Assembly: GCF_964204865.1 (NCBI RefSeq)
Contig: NC_135253.1
Span: 13,764,001-13,828,000, forward strand
Source: Styela clava
Lineage: Eukaryota
Direction: 5' to 3'
Length of the DNA stretch: 64,000 nucleotides
Shown: positions 39,912-54,600 of the stretch, in pieces
Layout: each line of letters starts with the position of its first letter
How positions within the stretch are numbered: the first letter of the stretch is position 1
Notes under the pieces: model-generated
What the model saw: the letters and a program-made list of their open reading frames with translations, nothing else
The model's database searches: none
What the model was told of the DNA's origin: nothing
Translations under genes and position numbers: made by a program

Positions 39912-40345
39912 ATTTTCAAAATTCTGTAGTCAAGTCGATAATAATCAAACGAGCAGTTTCAGAGTTTAAAGCAGAAAGCTGCGGTAAGCACCAATACAAT
40001 ACAGGAACAATCGGTAATAGAGAAGTAGCGCAGAGACGCAAATATAGGCCATGCGTAAAAAAGTGTTCCCAAAATCCTGTATGAGAGAGGGAGAAAAAGA
40101 ATTTACGGTATGTCTTTTGCTTTATTGACGAACCGGAAAACGCAAACATATACGGTTTTTATTTAGCGATTCGGATATTTATTTCCAACATGCAAAAATT
40201 GATGCACTGAGGAATTCAAAATTGTATGAAGACATGAAAATAATAGTGAGATAATATATAATAAAAATGTACGTACGTAGCAACAAATGAGTGTTCAGAG
40301 TCAAGTTTATCTAGTACTTGAGAAAAAAACATTAAATTTTGTATA

Positions 40346-41143
40346 ATGGACCTTTCCCCGACCTTTGACCCCAGAAAAATTCTTCCTATACTTTACCATT
40401 GCTAAATTCCCGGGGCTATTTTGAGAGTGCTTTTGCGAGTTGGCGCATGTAAAATGGGGTATGTGTTTCAAACCATCATTATGATTCATTGCATACAACA
40501 ATATGTTTTTTGAAAGTGCCGATAAAGAATTTTAGCCTAGTCTATCACAGCTATTTTTACACTCAATTTTTATTACTGCAATTAAATTAAAACTCTTAGG
40601 AAGACAGAGGGATCATTGAAATATCTGATTTATATTTTGAGTTTTCGAAACACAGCTGAAAACTAACGAATATAGCTCAAAAACGCAAAAACGAGGTAAT
40701 GTTTACGACCACGCTTGAAAATCTGTCTGAGTGAGAAAAATGTCTGAGCGGATGCGAAAAGGAAGCATTGTTATGTCACTTTTTGTGTCACGCTGATTGG
40801 CCAATGTCACGAAGTAAACAAGGAAGTTGATGCTCGGGGAAAGGTCCATAAAGACAGAGTGATCATTGAATTATCTGATTTATATTTAAATTTCCGAAAC
40901 ACAACTGAAAACTAACGAATAGAGTTCAAAAACGCGAAAACGAAGTCATGTTTACGGCCACGCCTGAAAATCTATTTGAGCGAGAAAAGTGTCTGAGCGG
41001 ATGCGAAATGGTAGCATTCAATCAATCAATTGCATTGTTACGTTACGTTACATTGTTAGCATTGTTACGTCACTTCTTGCATCATGCTGATTGGCCAAAG
41101 TCACGAAGTGAACAAGGAAGTCGATGCTCGGGGAAAGGTCCAT
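40346..41143. mobile_element. MITE plus tandem partial duplicate of its right half
   Basis: TIR ATGGACCTTTCCCCGA / TCGGGGAAAGGTCCAT at 40346-40848; repeated 3' part to 41143. Confidence 0.75.
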
Positions 41144-42238
41144 CCATAGGCAGAAGAGCAAAAGATTATATATATTCACTCATTCAAAAACAATATTAAT
41201 AAAATAAGAAATGAACAGGTGGGAAGTTGACAACCATATAATATTACTAGAGCATTAAATTGTGCATTAGCGACATTAAGGGATGTGTGTTCGAGACATT
41301 CAAAAATAAAATAAAATTTTTAATCAGAATGTTTAACAAAACAAAATATAATTGTGTTCTATTTTCTAAGAACGTTAGATAATACCTCCGTTGAGTGTCA
41401 CATGTTTATGTTTACTCGAGTTTCAATAGACCTTATTCATTAAAAACCCATCCTACGCGCAAAAATGAAAGTGATGTAAAAAAACAATTTTAACATTAGC
41501 TCTTATGGGGAATGTGATCACCAGAGCAGAAATTTGCCTTTTTTGTAATTTTCTAGATATCTTTCATTGTATACGTGAGCAGTTTTGAGGATAGAATATT
41601 TTTTACATCTTTTTTGATATTTTTATCATGATAAACATGGTCAAGATTTTTGATAATCGTTCCTTGAAATTTTAATGAGCGCGGTGTTTCCGATGACGTC
41701 ATTCTCACTAGACCATGAGATTCTGCCAACGCGCCATGCTCTGTGGATACTGCTTGTGATAACAGAATACTGGAATACCGGTACCGGGACCACAACTGGC
41801 GTTCAACGAAAGACCCATTTTGGTTTTTATTGGATGTTATATATTTCATGAATTCCATGCAACTATGTACATTTCTGGTACGCCTTTCAAAATCAATGGC
41901 CTAACTCAGTTCATGAGGTTGTAGGTATTGGTCATTATCAACATAATTGTTGAAAGAGAGTACAACAGCCCGAAAGTTTATTACTATCGTGTATTTTGTT
42001 TTTTAAGTTTGGCCCAAGCCTCATTTAATTGGGCTTGTGTTTTTGTGTGCGTGCTGGTGGGCAGGCACATGAGATACTTCATGTTTTAAACTTTTTTGTA
42101 GGTTTTGCTTGCCCTCCAGAATTCTCCATTTTAAATTTAGGTTTGTTATGGAGTTTTCGAAATAAACTATCTATCTATCTATATGTTGAGTCTTGTTGAC
42201 ACTTGACACCATGTACCTATCCCAAAATTGGTGATGTT

Positions 42239-42690
42239 CAGGGCTGGATTTAGACCATGAGAGGCCCCTTCATATTTTTGAGCTCAGAATTTCTCTCTAA
42301 ACAACACCACATGTCATTACTTAAAATTTAAAAATATGAGTGCATTAAATTTTTCATTCTCCCCATTCATGGGTGTGAATTTTTAATTAAAGGAATAAAA
42401 ATTTACTTGAGGCAGTTTTGCTTTCAATTTCTTTGATCAAACAACCGCTACAGTCATACTTTAACATATAAACTTCCAGCAGAATGCGCATAATAATAAT
42501 TTCTCTTATTATGATGCTGTGGTTGAAACCAGTTGTGTACAGAATTTTCTACTCTGAAAAGCTTGATATATATATATATGGTTTCGTAGGGTTTAAACTT
42601 GTCAAGTTTTCAAAAGAATTACAAACTTCGAAACCGAATTTTGAGCCTCTAGGTTTCAGCCTGCCTAGCCTATTGGTAAATCCAGCCCTG
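42239..42690. mobile_element. hAT MITE nested in the long-TIR element
   Basis: CAGGGCTGGATTTA / TAAATCCAGCCCTG; TSD GTGATG(T/G)T. Confidence 0.8.
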
Positions 42691-43305
42691 GTGATGGTCC
42701 CTACAGCAAATTTCTGGCCCTAATCACTTAGCAGAATGAAATAAATGGTTTTCAGCATTTATTAGCAAAGATAGATATTTTAATTAAACATATAGTTCAA
42801 CTTAAAGCCTGTATAATGATACTATAAATATATGTCTCATTATTACTGCATTGTGAGAAGGCTTTTCACACTATCAAGTCTATAAGGTTTAAGCGTCTTC
42901 CAATGTCTCAGATGGAAACTTCAGTCTTCATTTCGCATATTCTTTTCATTAATGCCATTAGTATTTGAAGCTTGACTGATTCCAATGTACCTTTTCCATT
43001 GTTGTTTAATGTAATAGCCTAAACTTGACTTACAAATTTTTTTCTCACATCAATCATCACATGTTTGAATACCCGAGCTGACTTCTACTGATTTGTTATT
43101 AATTTATAATTTTTTTTCATAAATTAACTGTCGTACTTGCTAAGTGTCCACTAAGTGAAAATCTACAAAAAAGCAGTGGTTTAACAATGAACTACATGTT
43201 TAACCGAATCCAAAAATATTCCGTAACTTAGTCAACCCTTCCTCCAAGGAGTTTCGTTAAATTGTTCAAACATCTTAATTAACTGTTAATCTTGATAGCG
43301 AACAT

Positions 43306-43325
43306 GGGGGGGGGGGGGGGGGGGG
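43306..43325 (+). repeat. Poly-G tract (~20 nt)
   Basis: Homopolymer run. Confidence 0.9.
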
Positions 43326-45714
43326 CAGGGGCTTTTTAACCTAGTTAGGAGACCGGCATTGTACCATTATAGGTTGGAGATATTCATCTTTTTTGTATAC
43401 CGGTACCGTACAACTTATCCTGCCTATTGGCAGGCTGGCCAACATTTTTGTTTGTAGGCCTATTTCAGTATTTACTAAATAATTTAGTTTTCACCTCTTG
43501 CAGCCTTGGTACGGTACCGGTAGTTTAAATAACACATCAGCATGCCTTCAGTAAATGATTGCTAGCGGTACAGGTATAAATGCGTAAAACCAGTAAACAA
43601 ACGTGATAGAAATGGTATGGGTTATAGATTGTCAATGTTAAACGCTTCCTGTACCGGTACCGTACCCAAAGCGACATTAGCGCCGCATTTGCAGCGCATA
43701 TCCCACAGAGCACGGCGAGTTGGCAGAATTTCATGGTCTAGTGAGAATGACGTCATCGGAAACACCGCGCTCATTAAAATTTTTATGAACAATTATCAAA
43801 AATCTTGACCATGTTTATTATGATAAAAATATCAAAAATAATGTAAAAAATATTCTATCCCCAAAACTACACACATATACGATGAAACATATCTAGGAAA
43901 TCCCCAAAAATGCAAATTTCTGCTCTGGTGATCACATTTCCCATAAGAGCTAATGTTAAAAAAAAATTTTTTATTACTTTTATTTTTGCGCGTAGGATGG
44001 GTTTTAAATGACTAAGGTCTATTGGAACACCGAATAAAAATGAGACAGAATAAACAACATATACACGAAACATAGCTTACAGCAGGGATCACCAAACTAC
44101 GGTCCGCGGGCCGGATCCGGCCCGCGGCGTCATTTTATCCGGCCCGCAATAACACGCAAAAATAGCGAATTTTTTTTCCAACGGAAATTTTCCCCGAGCA
44201 TCGCCTTCCTTGTTTATTTCGTAACATTGGCCAATCAGCAAGATGCAAAAAAGTGACTAATAATAGGCCTTATCACATCCGCTTAGATACTTAGAATACT
44301 TCAAATTTTTTTTTCTGTCATTACGATTTTGTTGAAAATACTGAACCAAACGTTACTATGCATGCGCTCTCATACATTTGTCCCTTACATGATTTTATGA
44401 ATCCAGAATTTCAAAAAAAAACCTTACAATAGTGAGTAATTTGATACATAACTTTATCATATTTCACCAAAACCTGTAGGGTCACATTTTGGCCAGAACA
44501 GCCATAGACCACTTATAACACTATCGCCCTAGAGTGGTGCATACCATATATGTACACACCCTTTGAACTTGACCATTCCCAGTTTTGTACACTCCACCCT
44601 TATCCCTGTTACCGCACCCACCCACCCTCCTTGCACAACTGCCTGTATAAAGGACCATATTGTACCTATTTGACTTACCCTATTATAATTTATATATATC
44701 AAAAGGGGTGTATGCCGCACATTTGTGTATTAGGCCAATAGGGTCTTGTGCATACATTCCGTCTTCAGTATTTATAATTACTTACTCTTTTATATTGCTT
44801 TTACGAGACGAATAAACATACATACATGTAACAAAGAATCATAAGGCCAATTAACTGATAATTGATCTTTAGTACCGATCGCCTATATTTTTGTATGCAT
44901 AAGTAAATTTCTTTAAAATCACCCCGCGGTAGTTTTTCGTTGGTTTTTGTAGTTTTTGCACTGAGACAAGAGGAATAAGCTCGCAACTTGCGTAACGACA
45001 GCAGGCTTCAGTCTATAAAACAGTGTCTACCGGGTTTTGGTCACACTAAACTGACTAATCAATTACAACTCATGATTGACCAACTCGTTAAGCTACCTTA
45101 TCGCTCCCCCCACTCAGAAATGAATATGAAAATCCCGTATATGACCAAAAAGATGTCACACGCGATTAAAGCGTGTAATAATAATAATAAAGCAATATGT
45201 ATAAATATTCGTTAATTTATACGTAACTCACATGAGCCACGGACGAAGTAAAATAGCGAAAAATCACATCTTTACCAGAAGTTTTCGCCTGATTTATTTT
45301 AGCCTCCACGAGATCAACAAACGCAGCATGTTGATGGCAGCCTATCGGTGAGGACGAATGCATCGTAATCGTATATATATGGCCGCGCCCTCGTATTTGA
45401 GTTGCAATTGATTGTAGAATTTTCCGTTTAAATAGGTCTTGTCTAACATTTCTTCATGTTGACGTACTTTTGTTATGGCGGAGAAATCCTTCATTGCTTG
45501 TTTTTATGCTTGTGCCAGTTGTGTCGTATTCAGTTTCTCCAACTCCACATCTTGTAGGGTGTGGATAATTGATGAATTTTGCACATGAGAAAATTTATTT
45601 TCGTTTATTTTAGTTTGTTTTCTGTAAATAAAATATATATTTCGGTGAAAATTCCATCTTATGTACAAAAGTGAAAAGTTTGACTTCATTTCCCTGGGTT
45701 TGAATGTCTCGTTT

Positions 45715-48700
45715 ACAAAAGGGGTATTACTCTAGTGATTAGATCTGTCCGACACATAAGTTGTTGGTTTGTTGGTCTGAATTGTATAAGATGTGATTGA
45801 CTGACAACTGATTTTGTCCCAAACTCGTGAACCGACTCTGTACCATAGATCAGGGCTACTCAACTATTTTTACCGGAGATCCGCATATTTAACAAAACAA
45901 AACAATAAAATTTCAAAAATATTTGGATCCGGTCTTTCCAAAAATTATATTTCGGCATCCTTAAACACGCACTTCCTCGACCGAATAATGATTATCAGCC
46001 AATCAAGATTGTTTATTTTGGCATTATAGTTCTTTTCATTTATATTTAAATCTATACAAGTGATTTTATAAAAGAAAACTTCAAAAGTGGGGCTAATGGT
46101 CCAAAATAAAGAATTAGATGCGGTCCGAATCGAATACCCGAAAGGTCCGGATTCGGACCGCGGTCCGCCAGTTGAGTAGCCCTGCCATAGATTACACTAC
46201 GAAATTTGGAAGACGTAAAATAGCTTTTTATTTGTAGTTTTCGACGATATACAGAATACAATCCTGAAACCTTCTATCCTTGAAAATATATCAAACCAAT
46301 TTATATTCGTTAATCAAACAGCCAATAAATAAAAAACGTGATCTCGTGGCCCACATGTTTAACAGTATCGTAAATATGAGTAAAAAAGTATTTAAATGAG
46401 TTGTACCAGTCGGAACATAAGTTTTTTTATCTGAGAAATAAATCTTGAGTTGATTATCGCAGGACAGACAAGTGTTTTTTCAAACTTAAATTGTATATAT
46501 ACTGCGTAATGTGTTTCCTACAATACTCTTTTACCACTAACAAATTTTTTGTCAATTGTCTTTGATTGAAACTGACAATCTTGTCTATAAATAAAGAGTA
46601 ATGCAAAATGTTGTGTTACTCCATTCATGAATTAAAATACCGGTAGGCTAAATTATAATGGAATGAATTGCCTGACAAATATATATATATATGTTGAATG
46701 AAAATTTTAAAAATCCTGTGTTACCCAATGAATTTAGCTATCCAAGTCATTTCTTTACGATAATATTCTTCTGCTTCTTGTATGGTTGTGGTGAAAGAAT
46801 GAGGCGACGTTTTAGGCATAGCCAACATTGTCAGACCAGCACTCACTCCAAGAACTCCAAATAATGCCTGAAATTTGAATAAACAATTTTTTTTGTACTG
46901 CAAGATAACACATAATTAATAAGTTTGGGCTAAATCACTTTTGTTTAGGCCATAGAGCTTGTGATAATTTTAGATGGAGATTCTCATTTAACGTGGCAAC
47001 ATAGTTTAATCCAAGTCAATTCACAACGGCCAATATTTTATATAATATCTGAGCCTACAGTATTTAGTGCGGCAATGAAATGTTATAATGACAGTTACTA
47101 CGTCTAGCTATTTCGTATACATGCATATGTGCTTTCCGACACAAACGCAAGTAAAGGGATAGTCACATTTCTATAATGCAATATATCTGTAACAGTAACT
47201 GAGAACTCACTTGCGTAACCCATATCGTATCAAACTTTGCGTGAATAACAAATGGAATGATTATTGCACCCAGCCTCGCGCACGTGGATGTGATCGCCAT
47301 GGCCTTCCCTCTGTAACGTAAGCAAACAAATTACTATGACCAATACAATGTTTCAATTTCTCATAAGTAGACTATCTATGTAATAGAAGTATATAGTGAT
47401 TGGCAGCACCCGGATAATGAAAAGTCACTTCTATAGATATGGACATACCTTGTGATAGTCGGAAAAACATCGTTCGTGTATTGGTATGTGGCGTTGAAAG
47501 CAATTGTTGTGAAGAGTTTTCCAGCAATGGAAGCCCATCGCATAATTCCTAATGCAGCTGTTAATGAGTACATTACAGGATAGAATGAGGAATTAGGATA
47601 TGCTCATTATGTCGTCAATCCAAGGCCGGATTTACCATTGTAAAAGGTGGGTTGAAGCCTGGAGACCTCAGGTCTCGACTGCCAACGACTCTAGGAATTA
47701 TCAGAGCGAAGAGAAGTAAATATAAAAGTAATAGCTCTCAAAACTCTCAGATTTTATTCCCTGGAATACAACAGGTCCAGTTTTTGAAAAGAAAAGAAAC
47801 AATAACAACAATTTATAAATCAGCTGATACATCTGCGTATATTTGATCATCAGATTCTACTTCATCGCAAAGTCTAATTACTCACTTTCACTTGTGCTAT
47901 CAATTTTTCCTGTAATCATTGTCACAACACATAATGAACCGGCACCAAACATTCCGACTATAAGACATTGATTTGCTCCATATCTTTTATTGATGATAGC
48001 GAACACAACCACCGAAATGATTTCAGTCGAACCATTCAAAGCTGCATTAAGATAAGGATTCCCTGTAAAGGTAACATATATAAGCATATTGTACTTTCCT
48101 GCCGAAACAGACCATGTTATAGATCGCAATGCCAGTTAGCCATGTCTGTACTTTTGATGCCAGTGACCGTTTTTTTTTGCGATTATTGAAAATAAGAAAA
48201 AATACAAATGTTAGCCTGCTAAACATGTTTGATCAGATTTTATACTATTCCAACTCACGACTATTCACATTTTTCCCAACAGCGAATTCCACTTTATAAC
48301 TGTAGTTATGGGGGAAGGTGCTATCAGGAGTCTGAATTTACTGATTTTTTTTCAGTAAACTTTATTAGTTTTGGAGAAAAAATAACGGTCGGTGATTGGT
48401 CATACATGGATTTGGTGTAAAATGGATTGATTTGGATTTCTAAAAGTAGAAACTATCTGTGTGTGTGATTTAAACACTAAATTAAATTTACATATCGATC
48501 ACACTTTTCCAATAGCGTACGCTACGTTCCGTAGCGTATTTTCAGGTAACTTACCTATAAGCGAACCGACGTTTAGAACAAGTCCGTAGTAAACACAGTT
48601 AACGGCAAACCAATTATACATCACAACAAGTGATACGATTCTTATGAATGGTCGGCGAAAGAGATCGGTCAGATGAGCTCTGTTGTTGACGAATTTCATT

Positions 48701-51612
48701 GTTTTCTTTTCTGTTTCGAGAATTGTTCGCCAATCTTCGTCTTTTATAATTGTACCCTTACTTTTTGCATATCGGTTCAGTACTTTTCTGGCTTCTAATT
48801 CCCTTCCTTTCATAAGTAGCCAGCTGGAGATAATTGCGACGCAGGTAAATATAAGAAACTTCATATTGAAAGTGCAAAATGGGGAAGAGAAAGAAATGGA
48901 AAATTAACTTTTCAAAGTAAGGAAAAATTGGTTCATGAACGCCGAGAAGTAGAGATAAACTACGAATGGATGTGGAAGGTAAAAGTTCGGGGTCTTACCT
49001 AGGCGTTTCTGGTATAAATGGCCACGTGATAATAAACATCAGCGACAATAGACCGCAAGTCAGATTTAAATCTCTCCAGTCACGCAAGAAATATGCCGCC
49101 ACGGGAAATAAAGTGTGAGTAATTGAAGATACAAGAGGCGTGAATGTGGCAACAGTAGGTCTCAATTTTTGTCCCGCTATTTCACTTGCTGAGAAAGAAT
49201 TTAGTAAATATACAGTAATCAGGATGTAGAGTGGTAAAATAAATCAAGTTGGATACAATTTAACAACGTAACTAACCGTAGGAAAACGCAGCACCGTATA
49301 GCGTCACACTTGTAGCACCTTCCAGAAAACGAAATACGCAATAAACAGTGAGTGTCGAAGCTAATGTGCAGCCTATTCCAGATCCCATTAATCCAACAGA
49401 AAGAATGAGAAGAGCTAGTTTACGTCCAAACCTTTTGAAAAAAGTTATTTCTATTATTAACAGTTTGCATAATCGTTACATTAAATTCCAAAGGGAAAGA
49501 GAAGCTATTTTAACAATTTTTTTTTAACTATTGAGCGTATTCACCATTACGATACTTGTCGATTCTTGCACAAAATTCCAAATACAAATTTTAACCAGAA
49601 AATTTGCTGCAGCAGCGATTTCAATAAGGCATAAATGAACGAATGAGGTAGTGGTCGAAACCAGTATAGTCTGAAGTATTTTAGTCAGAGGTTGCATAAA
49701 ACTATCTCATAAGTCTTTTGTATATTTAGAGGTATAACTCACCAGTCAAAGATATATCCAGCTGGGATAGAACCAACGAGTATTCCAACAAAATACAGCG
49801 AATGTATCACAGAATTTAATACATATTTGTCGCAAACCAGGTCCCACTGGAAAAAAATTGAAAAAAAGTTAATTTGGTTTAGATCTAAACAACCGTATTT
49901 GCTATTCCGTTTTAATCAGACTGAATCCAAACATTTAAAATAACATGCTTCTATAAACTCTACACCCTTAAATAGGAGGCTGTGTCATTTTCAAAAATGT
50001 TATGCCTATACTAATATATAATAAGGCTTTGGTATCCGTAAAAATACATGCTAATATATAATATACGACCATTTATTCCCGTGTTACGCTCTTAAATTAG
50101 GGCTGAGTCTCTTTAATTCGTCGAAGTCACTTATAAAAACGCTAAAAAGCCCTTTTCTTGTTCAAAAATTAAAAAAGTCATGCGTCTTAAAAGTAGCTAT
50201 GACTCTTCTAATGACATTGTGCCCATCTAAAAGCGTCATTCTCTTCTTAAAACGGACTATGCCCGATTTTTAAAAGTCTATAGGTATTTAAAAAGTGCAA
50301 ACCGTTTTTTAAATTGATTGGTAAATTGATAGTATATATCAGTACCTCTGACACAACTGTCTTCTCGTAGTAACTCTTGTCGTAATAATAACCATTGTCG
50401 CATTTCATTATTCTATTATCAGAAGCTTCGGTTAGGCAGGATAAATTTCCAGATATCAAACATTCCGTTGTGTTGTAGATATATCGATGACAGGAATCTT
50501 CCAACTTAAAGAATATTTTATAATCAGATTGCTTTAAGCCTTTAAGAAGGTTTAATTATATGACAACCTCAACTAAGCATTTAAAGTAATCGCTTCAAGA
50601 TTACCAAATATGACTTACACATTTTAATAAATAAAGTGACTTTGGTGGTAGCTTGTTATTCGGAAGAGGTTACGTAGATTGAAGGGAGACAAATAGTGTC
50701 AAATGTTGCAATTTGAGACATACGAAATATAGGAACGCCAAGAGATTGCTGCATTCAGAGCAATATAATATTCTTAGATGAATACAGTTTTAAAATTGTT
50801 GTAAAATTATTACCTCAGTGTTATTGTAATGACACCAAAAAAAGTCATGAATTGCGTAACCTATTTTGAAGACCTATTTTTTACCTATCTTATGCCATAA
50901 CGCAAGCAAGCAGTTCCATTCGGAACGTTATAAAATCAAAGTTTTTTTCTACTCACTGGAATGGCTAAAGATGTTATCTCATCTTCACTCACGTTTTTGA
51001 AAAGTGTATTGTTGTCAAATTCAGGTAACAAACATCTGTCGAGTATGGAATACGATTAACTTTAGGTAGGGATCGCATAAATGTTCCACATAAATGCTTC
51101 ATATTTTATTCTCTCATGATAGATTTATAATATAATTCAATATAACTATTTAATTCGCCGAATACCTACATGTTTTTAATTACACACTTCACCAAAGTAC
51201 ATCAATAATCTTTGCTAAGTAAATATAACATTCAATTTTTTCAAAATTTAAACTTGGAACCCCGCCTAACTGTCTGTTCTCGGTTGCGTCTGTTAATTCC
51301 AATTCGCTCCCATCTCGCAAATCGTCATTAAATATCAAAATGTCATATCCATCTTTGGATGTTGAACCCTATCAATAAGCTAAATAATTTTGCCCACCCT
51401 TCGTTATCAGAATCATGGCTATTACAGTATTACTTTCAAGATGTTATCAAACCAATATAACGTAAACCTCACCTGTGTTTTGGTATAGCATTGTAGAATA
51501 CACCTGTTTGCGGTGTGATAGTTGCTGTTGCCGATAACAGTGTAACGGAAATTATTGAAAAAATCTGAATGTTATTAACACTCAATATGCTTTCAAGTTT
51601 TTCCACATCCAT
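45715..51612 (-). CDS. SLC22/OCT-family organic cation transporter, ~12 exons
   Basis: Spliced motifs HR/CLLPE, KTVVSE/WDLVCD, D.FGRK, RFLEG, SEIAGQKLR, RDWRDL, FIPETPR/WLL..GR..EA, DLFRRPFIR, YYGL, GNPYLN, DVFPTITR, MPKT. Last exon uncertain (~45500-45780). Confidence 0.9.
45851..46184. mobile_element. hAT MITE
   Basis: CAGGGCTACTCAACT / AGTTGAGTAGCCCTG; 8-bp TSD CCATAGAT; related copy at ~56420-56791. Confidence 0.9.
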
Positions 51613-54600
51613 TCTTCAACAATACCGATAAGGTATAATTCTTAAGTTCACTACGTTACTAGGTATTTATAACTTGATGAAACTTTTTCTATAACATAAA
51701 GAAGCTACGCTTTTATCGGTACGTATGTCTGTATTCATGCTGCGCTCATGCTTCAAAAATAATGAATGAAGTTTTTAAAACGTAGCGGCTAAGGTCCAAA
51801 CCAAATGTCACCACACGATGACGAATGATTTCAAACAGCTTTCACGTGAAAACGTGATGCTCCCCCATGGAGCGGTGCGGCATAGCGGAAGTTTTGCAAC
51901 GCAACGTGGAAGTACCATGCACGCATGACTTTAATTATTATGATGAAGCGGGAAAGATATATTTTTTACTAGACAGACAATCAATTTTATGGCTTTTGTC
52001 CCAGTATAACGCAGCAGTCCTAAACTGCTGTTATAATTGTTAGGGGTACATGTCACACATCTGTGTCTTAGGCCAAGGTCTTGAACATGTATTCCGTCTC
52101 TGTTAGAAATGATACTTAATCTCGTTATTCTTTGTTCCGAAGCTACTATAGATAATCAACTATATATAAGCGAATAGATATATTATATAATATTAATGTG
52201 GACATGAAAAGAAAACCGAAATTATCTACACACAATTCCCCTCAAAATCATATCTTGAACGAAGCTGGAACTGCGTAACAGTTACCGTAACTTACTGTAC
52301 CAGTGTCGGTGTAGGCACATTCATATATGTATATCCTTTTTATCAAAAGCAAAATAACAGAAATATTTTTATTAGTTATATGAATCGGGTTCAAATCGGA
52401 TTTTTCTTCGACAAAATGAGTTGGTCATAGCAATTCATTTTATAATTATTTGCGGTTGTGCGTAATTCGAGTTACAGACCCGTAGCCCGAGGACAAAACA
52501 TATTGTTATGATCGAACAATCAAGATTATATCTCCCACCGTGCCTGAAAGTACATTAACGTAGAGACTAAATAGAGTATATCTAAGCATGTCACGGTTTG
52601 TTTCAAAGAGGGTGATATGAGGATCAGGCAACCGCATTAAAGGTTACGATAAAGATGAAGCTACGTGCTGGATATATATCATCCGCCTTTACACAAAATA
52701 TTGCGAAAACGTAATAATATTGCTTATACCGGTACTTAGGCCGCTCAAGTGAATCGAAATACCAAAAAAATCAAGTCACAACTACGGTATCGAATCTTTC
52801 ACAGTGCTCTTAGTCTACATTTACCTTATAAAACATTTCCTTCTCAACACATCACTAGAATGCGATTGCGACACCGCCATACGGTGATTTTCAATTTTGA
52901 TGACGTTATCACACAGACTTCAAAGTGAAATAACGAATCCCACAGAATTTTTTGAACCAAATTAAAAAAAATGGCTTTTCAGCGACTACAACAATTTCCA
53001 ATTACTGAATTTCAGAGCAAGCGTTACAGTAGTTGAAGAAAAATTATTCGATTCGTATCTACGTTGGTTTGTTCCGCATTTCCTTGGTAGACTGTTGACA
53101 CTCAACTTGACTGCGGTCGTAATCACGATCTATCGACTGCGTGAGAAAATATGTTCGGTGAAAGCGAAGGAAGAGGACGTATTCACAAAATTATTTAAAC
53201 TTTACAAAGACGAGTTTGCCGGTGTGACTCACAACTAAATTATATTTTTAAAATAGGAGAGCTATTCAACCGCTAGGTTGATATCTATCATAGGAAGAAT
53301 AAGGAAAATTATAATTTCATATAATGACTTTGTATAATTATTAGTGAATGTAGTGTTGTAATTATCTATTTCAGCGTTTAAAGTTTCAAATTGTTTCATT
53401 TTCTCATTTACATTTTCATTCACATTTCTGTAAACGCATGAAAATTATTTATAAAATTTGGTAGCATTAAAAATAATTATTTAATCACGTAATAAACTTT
53501 GTCGCCCCTCAACCCCGGCACGACAACCTTTTCGCTTCCTACAGAGTATTAGTGACAGTTTTAATGACGTTTGTGGGGCATAACGAGAGTTACCAGGCCA
53601 GCACGGGGATAATTGCGTAATACTGTGTGGAAACTATAGAAATAAAATATACCTTCACTACTCAATGTACAATTACAGCAATGATTTCCATTATTCCATT
53701 CAGAAGGCCGGTTACATGCGGGTCGCCTGTGAAGTAAGATGTATAAAAGTTAGCTTGCGTTCCCGCTGTTTATACGCAAACAATCAGCTGCAAGATCCCA
53801 TCTTAGCGCAGCGTGCATGCGCACACTCCTAACCCGTCATTGCTAGCATCTCATCTGAACTCTTGGGTCGTCCTCCCGTCAACAGTAAATGAAACTGGTG
53901 GACGGAATTAAAAAACTGTCCTTGTTGATTGCCCGTTCCTACAGAAAGCAGGACATACGTCCTTGCTCACATTCACTTTTAATAGTTGATATATTTATAC
54001 AGACAATAACCATCTTTAAACATAATGACATTTATTTATCGTCCTACAACGGCCTGTTTAAAACAAATGATCCATGTTTCGGTAACTTAGATAAGAGAAT
54101 GCGTAATAATGCGAAGGCATGAAAGGCACATGGAAAAGACGAAAGTGTCATCATCCGATCACAAATGTTGTCGAGATTAAAGCATTAGAAAAATCGTCAA
54201 AAACTGCTCTGTGAAACTCTCCCAATTTGGAATTTTTTGTTTCTCTCTTCCTATACCTACATGGATTTTTGCTCATTTAGTCTTTAATGAATCTTTATCT
54301 ATAGTGCCTTTTCTTATCTAGAGTGCAAGTCGCACTTTCGCTTTTGTATATACGCTTGTGTATACAAGTATTTAGGTAATAATAAAGAACTAAAGAATAT
54401 TAGTAATACTACAGCAAATGAAAAGCGAAATCCTTTCTTCTCCCAAGAATGCCCAAATACCCCTCTATGGAAAAAAATTTCTCCCCGGTTGGGGAAAATT
54501 GATCTAAATAGGATTCGTCATTTGGCAGGCTGGTCCCAGAATCAAAAGCCGAAACTAAAAATACAAATTCAAAGCTAGTCTGAATGATATGCCCAACCTG

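Larger units (their letters stand above)
41425..44023. mobile_element. Non-autonomous DNA element with ~330-bp terminal inverted repeats
   Basis: 41425-~41755 is the reverse complement of ~43695-44023 (ATAGACCTT...CCCATCCTACGCGC); no internal ORF. Confidence 0.75.
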
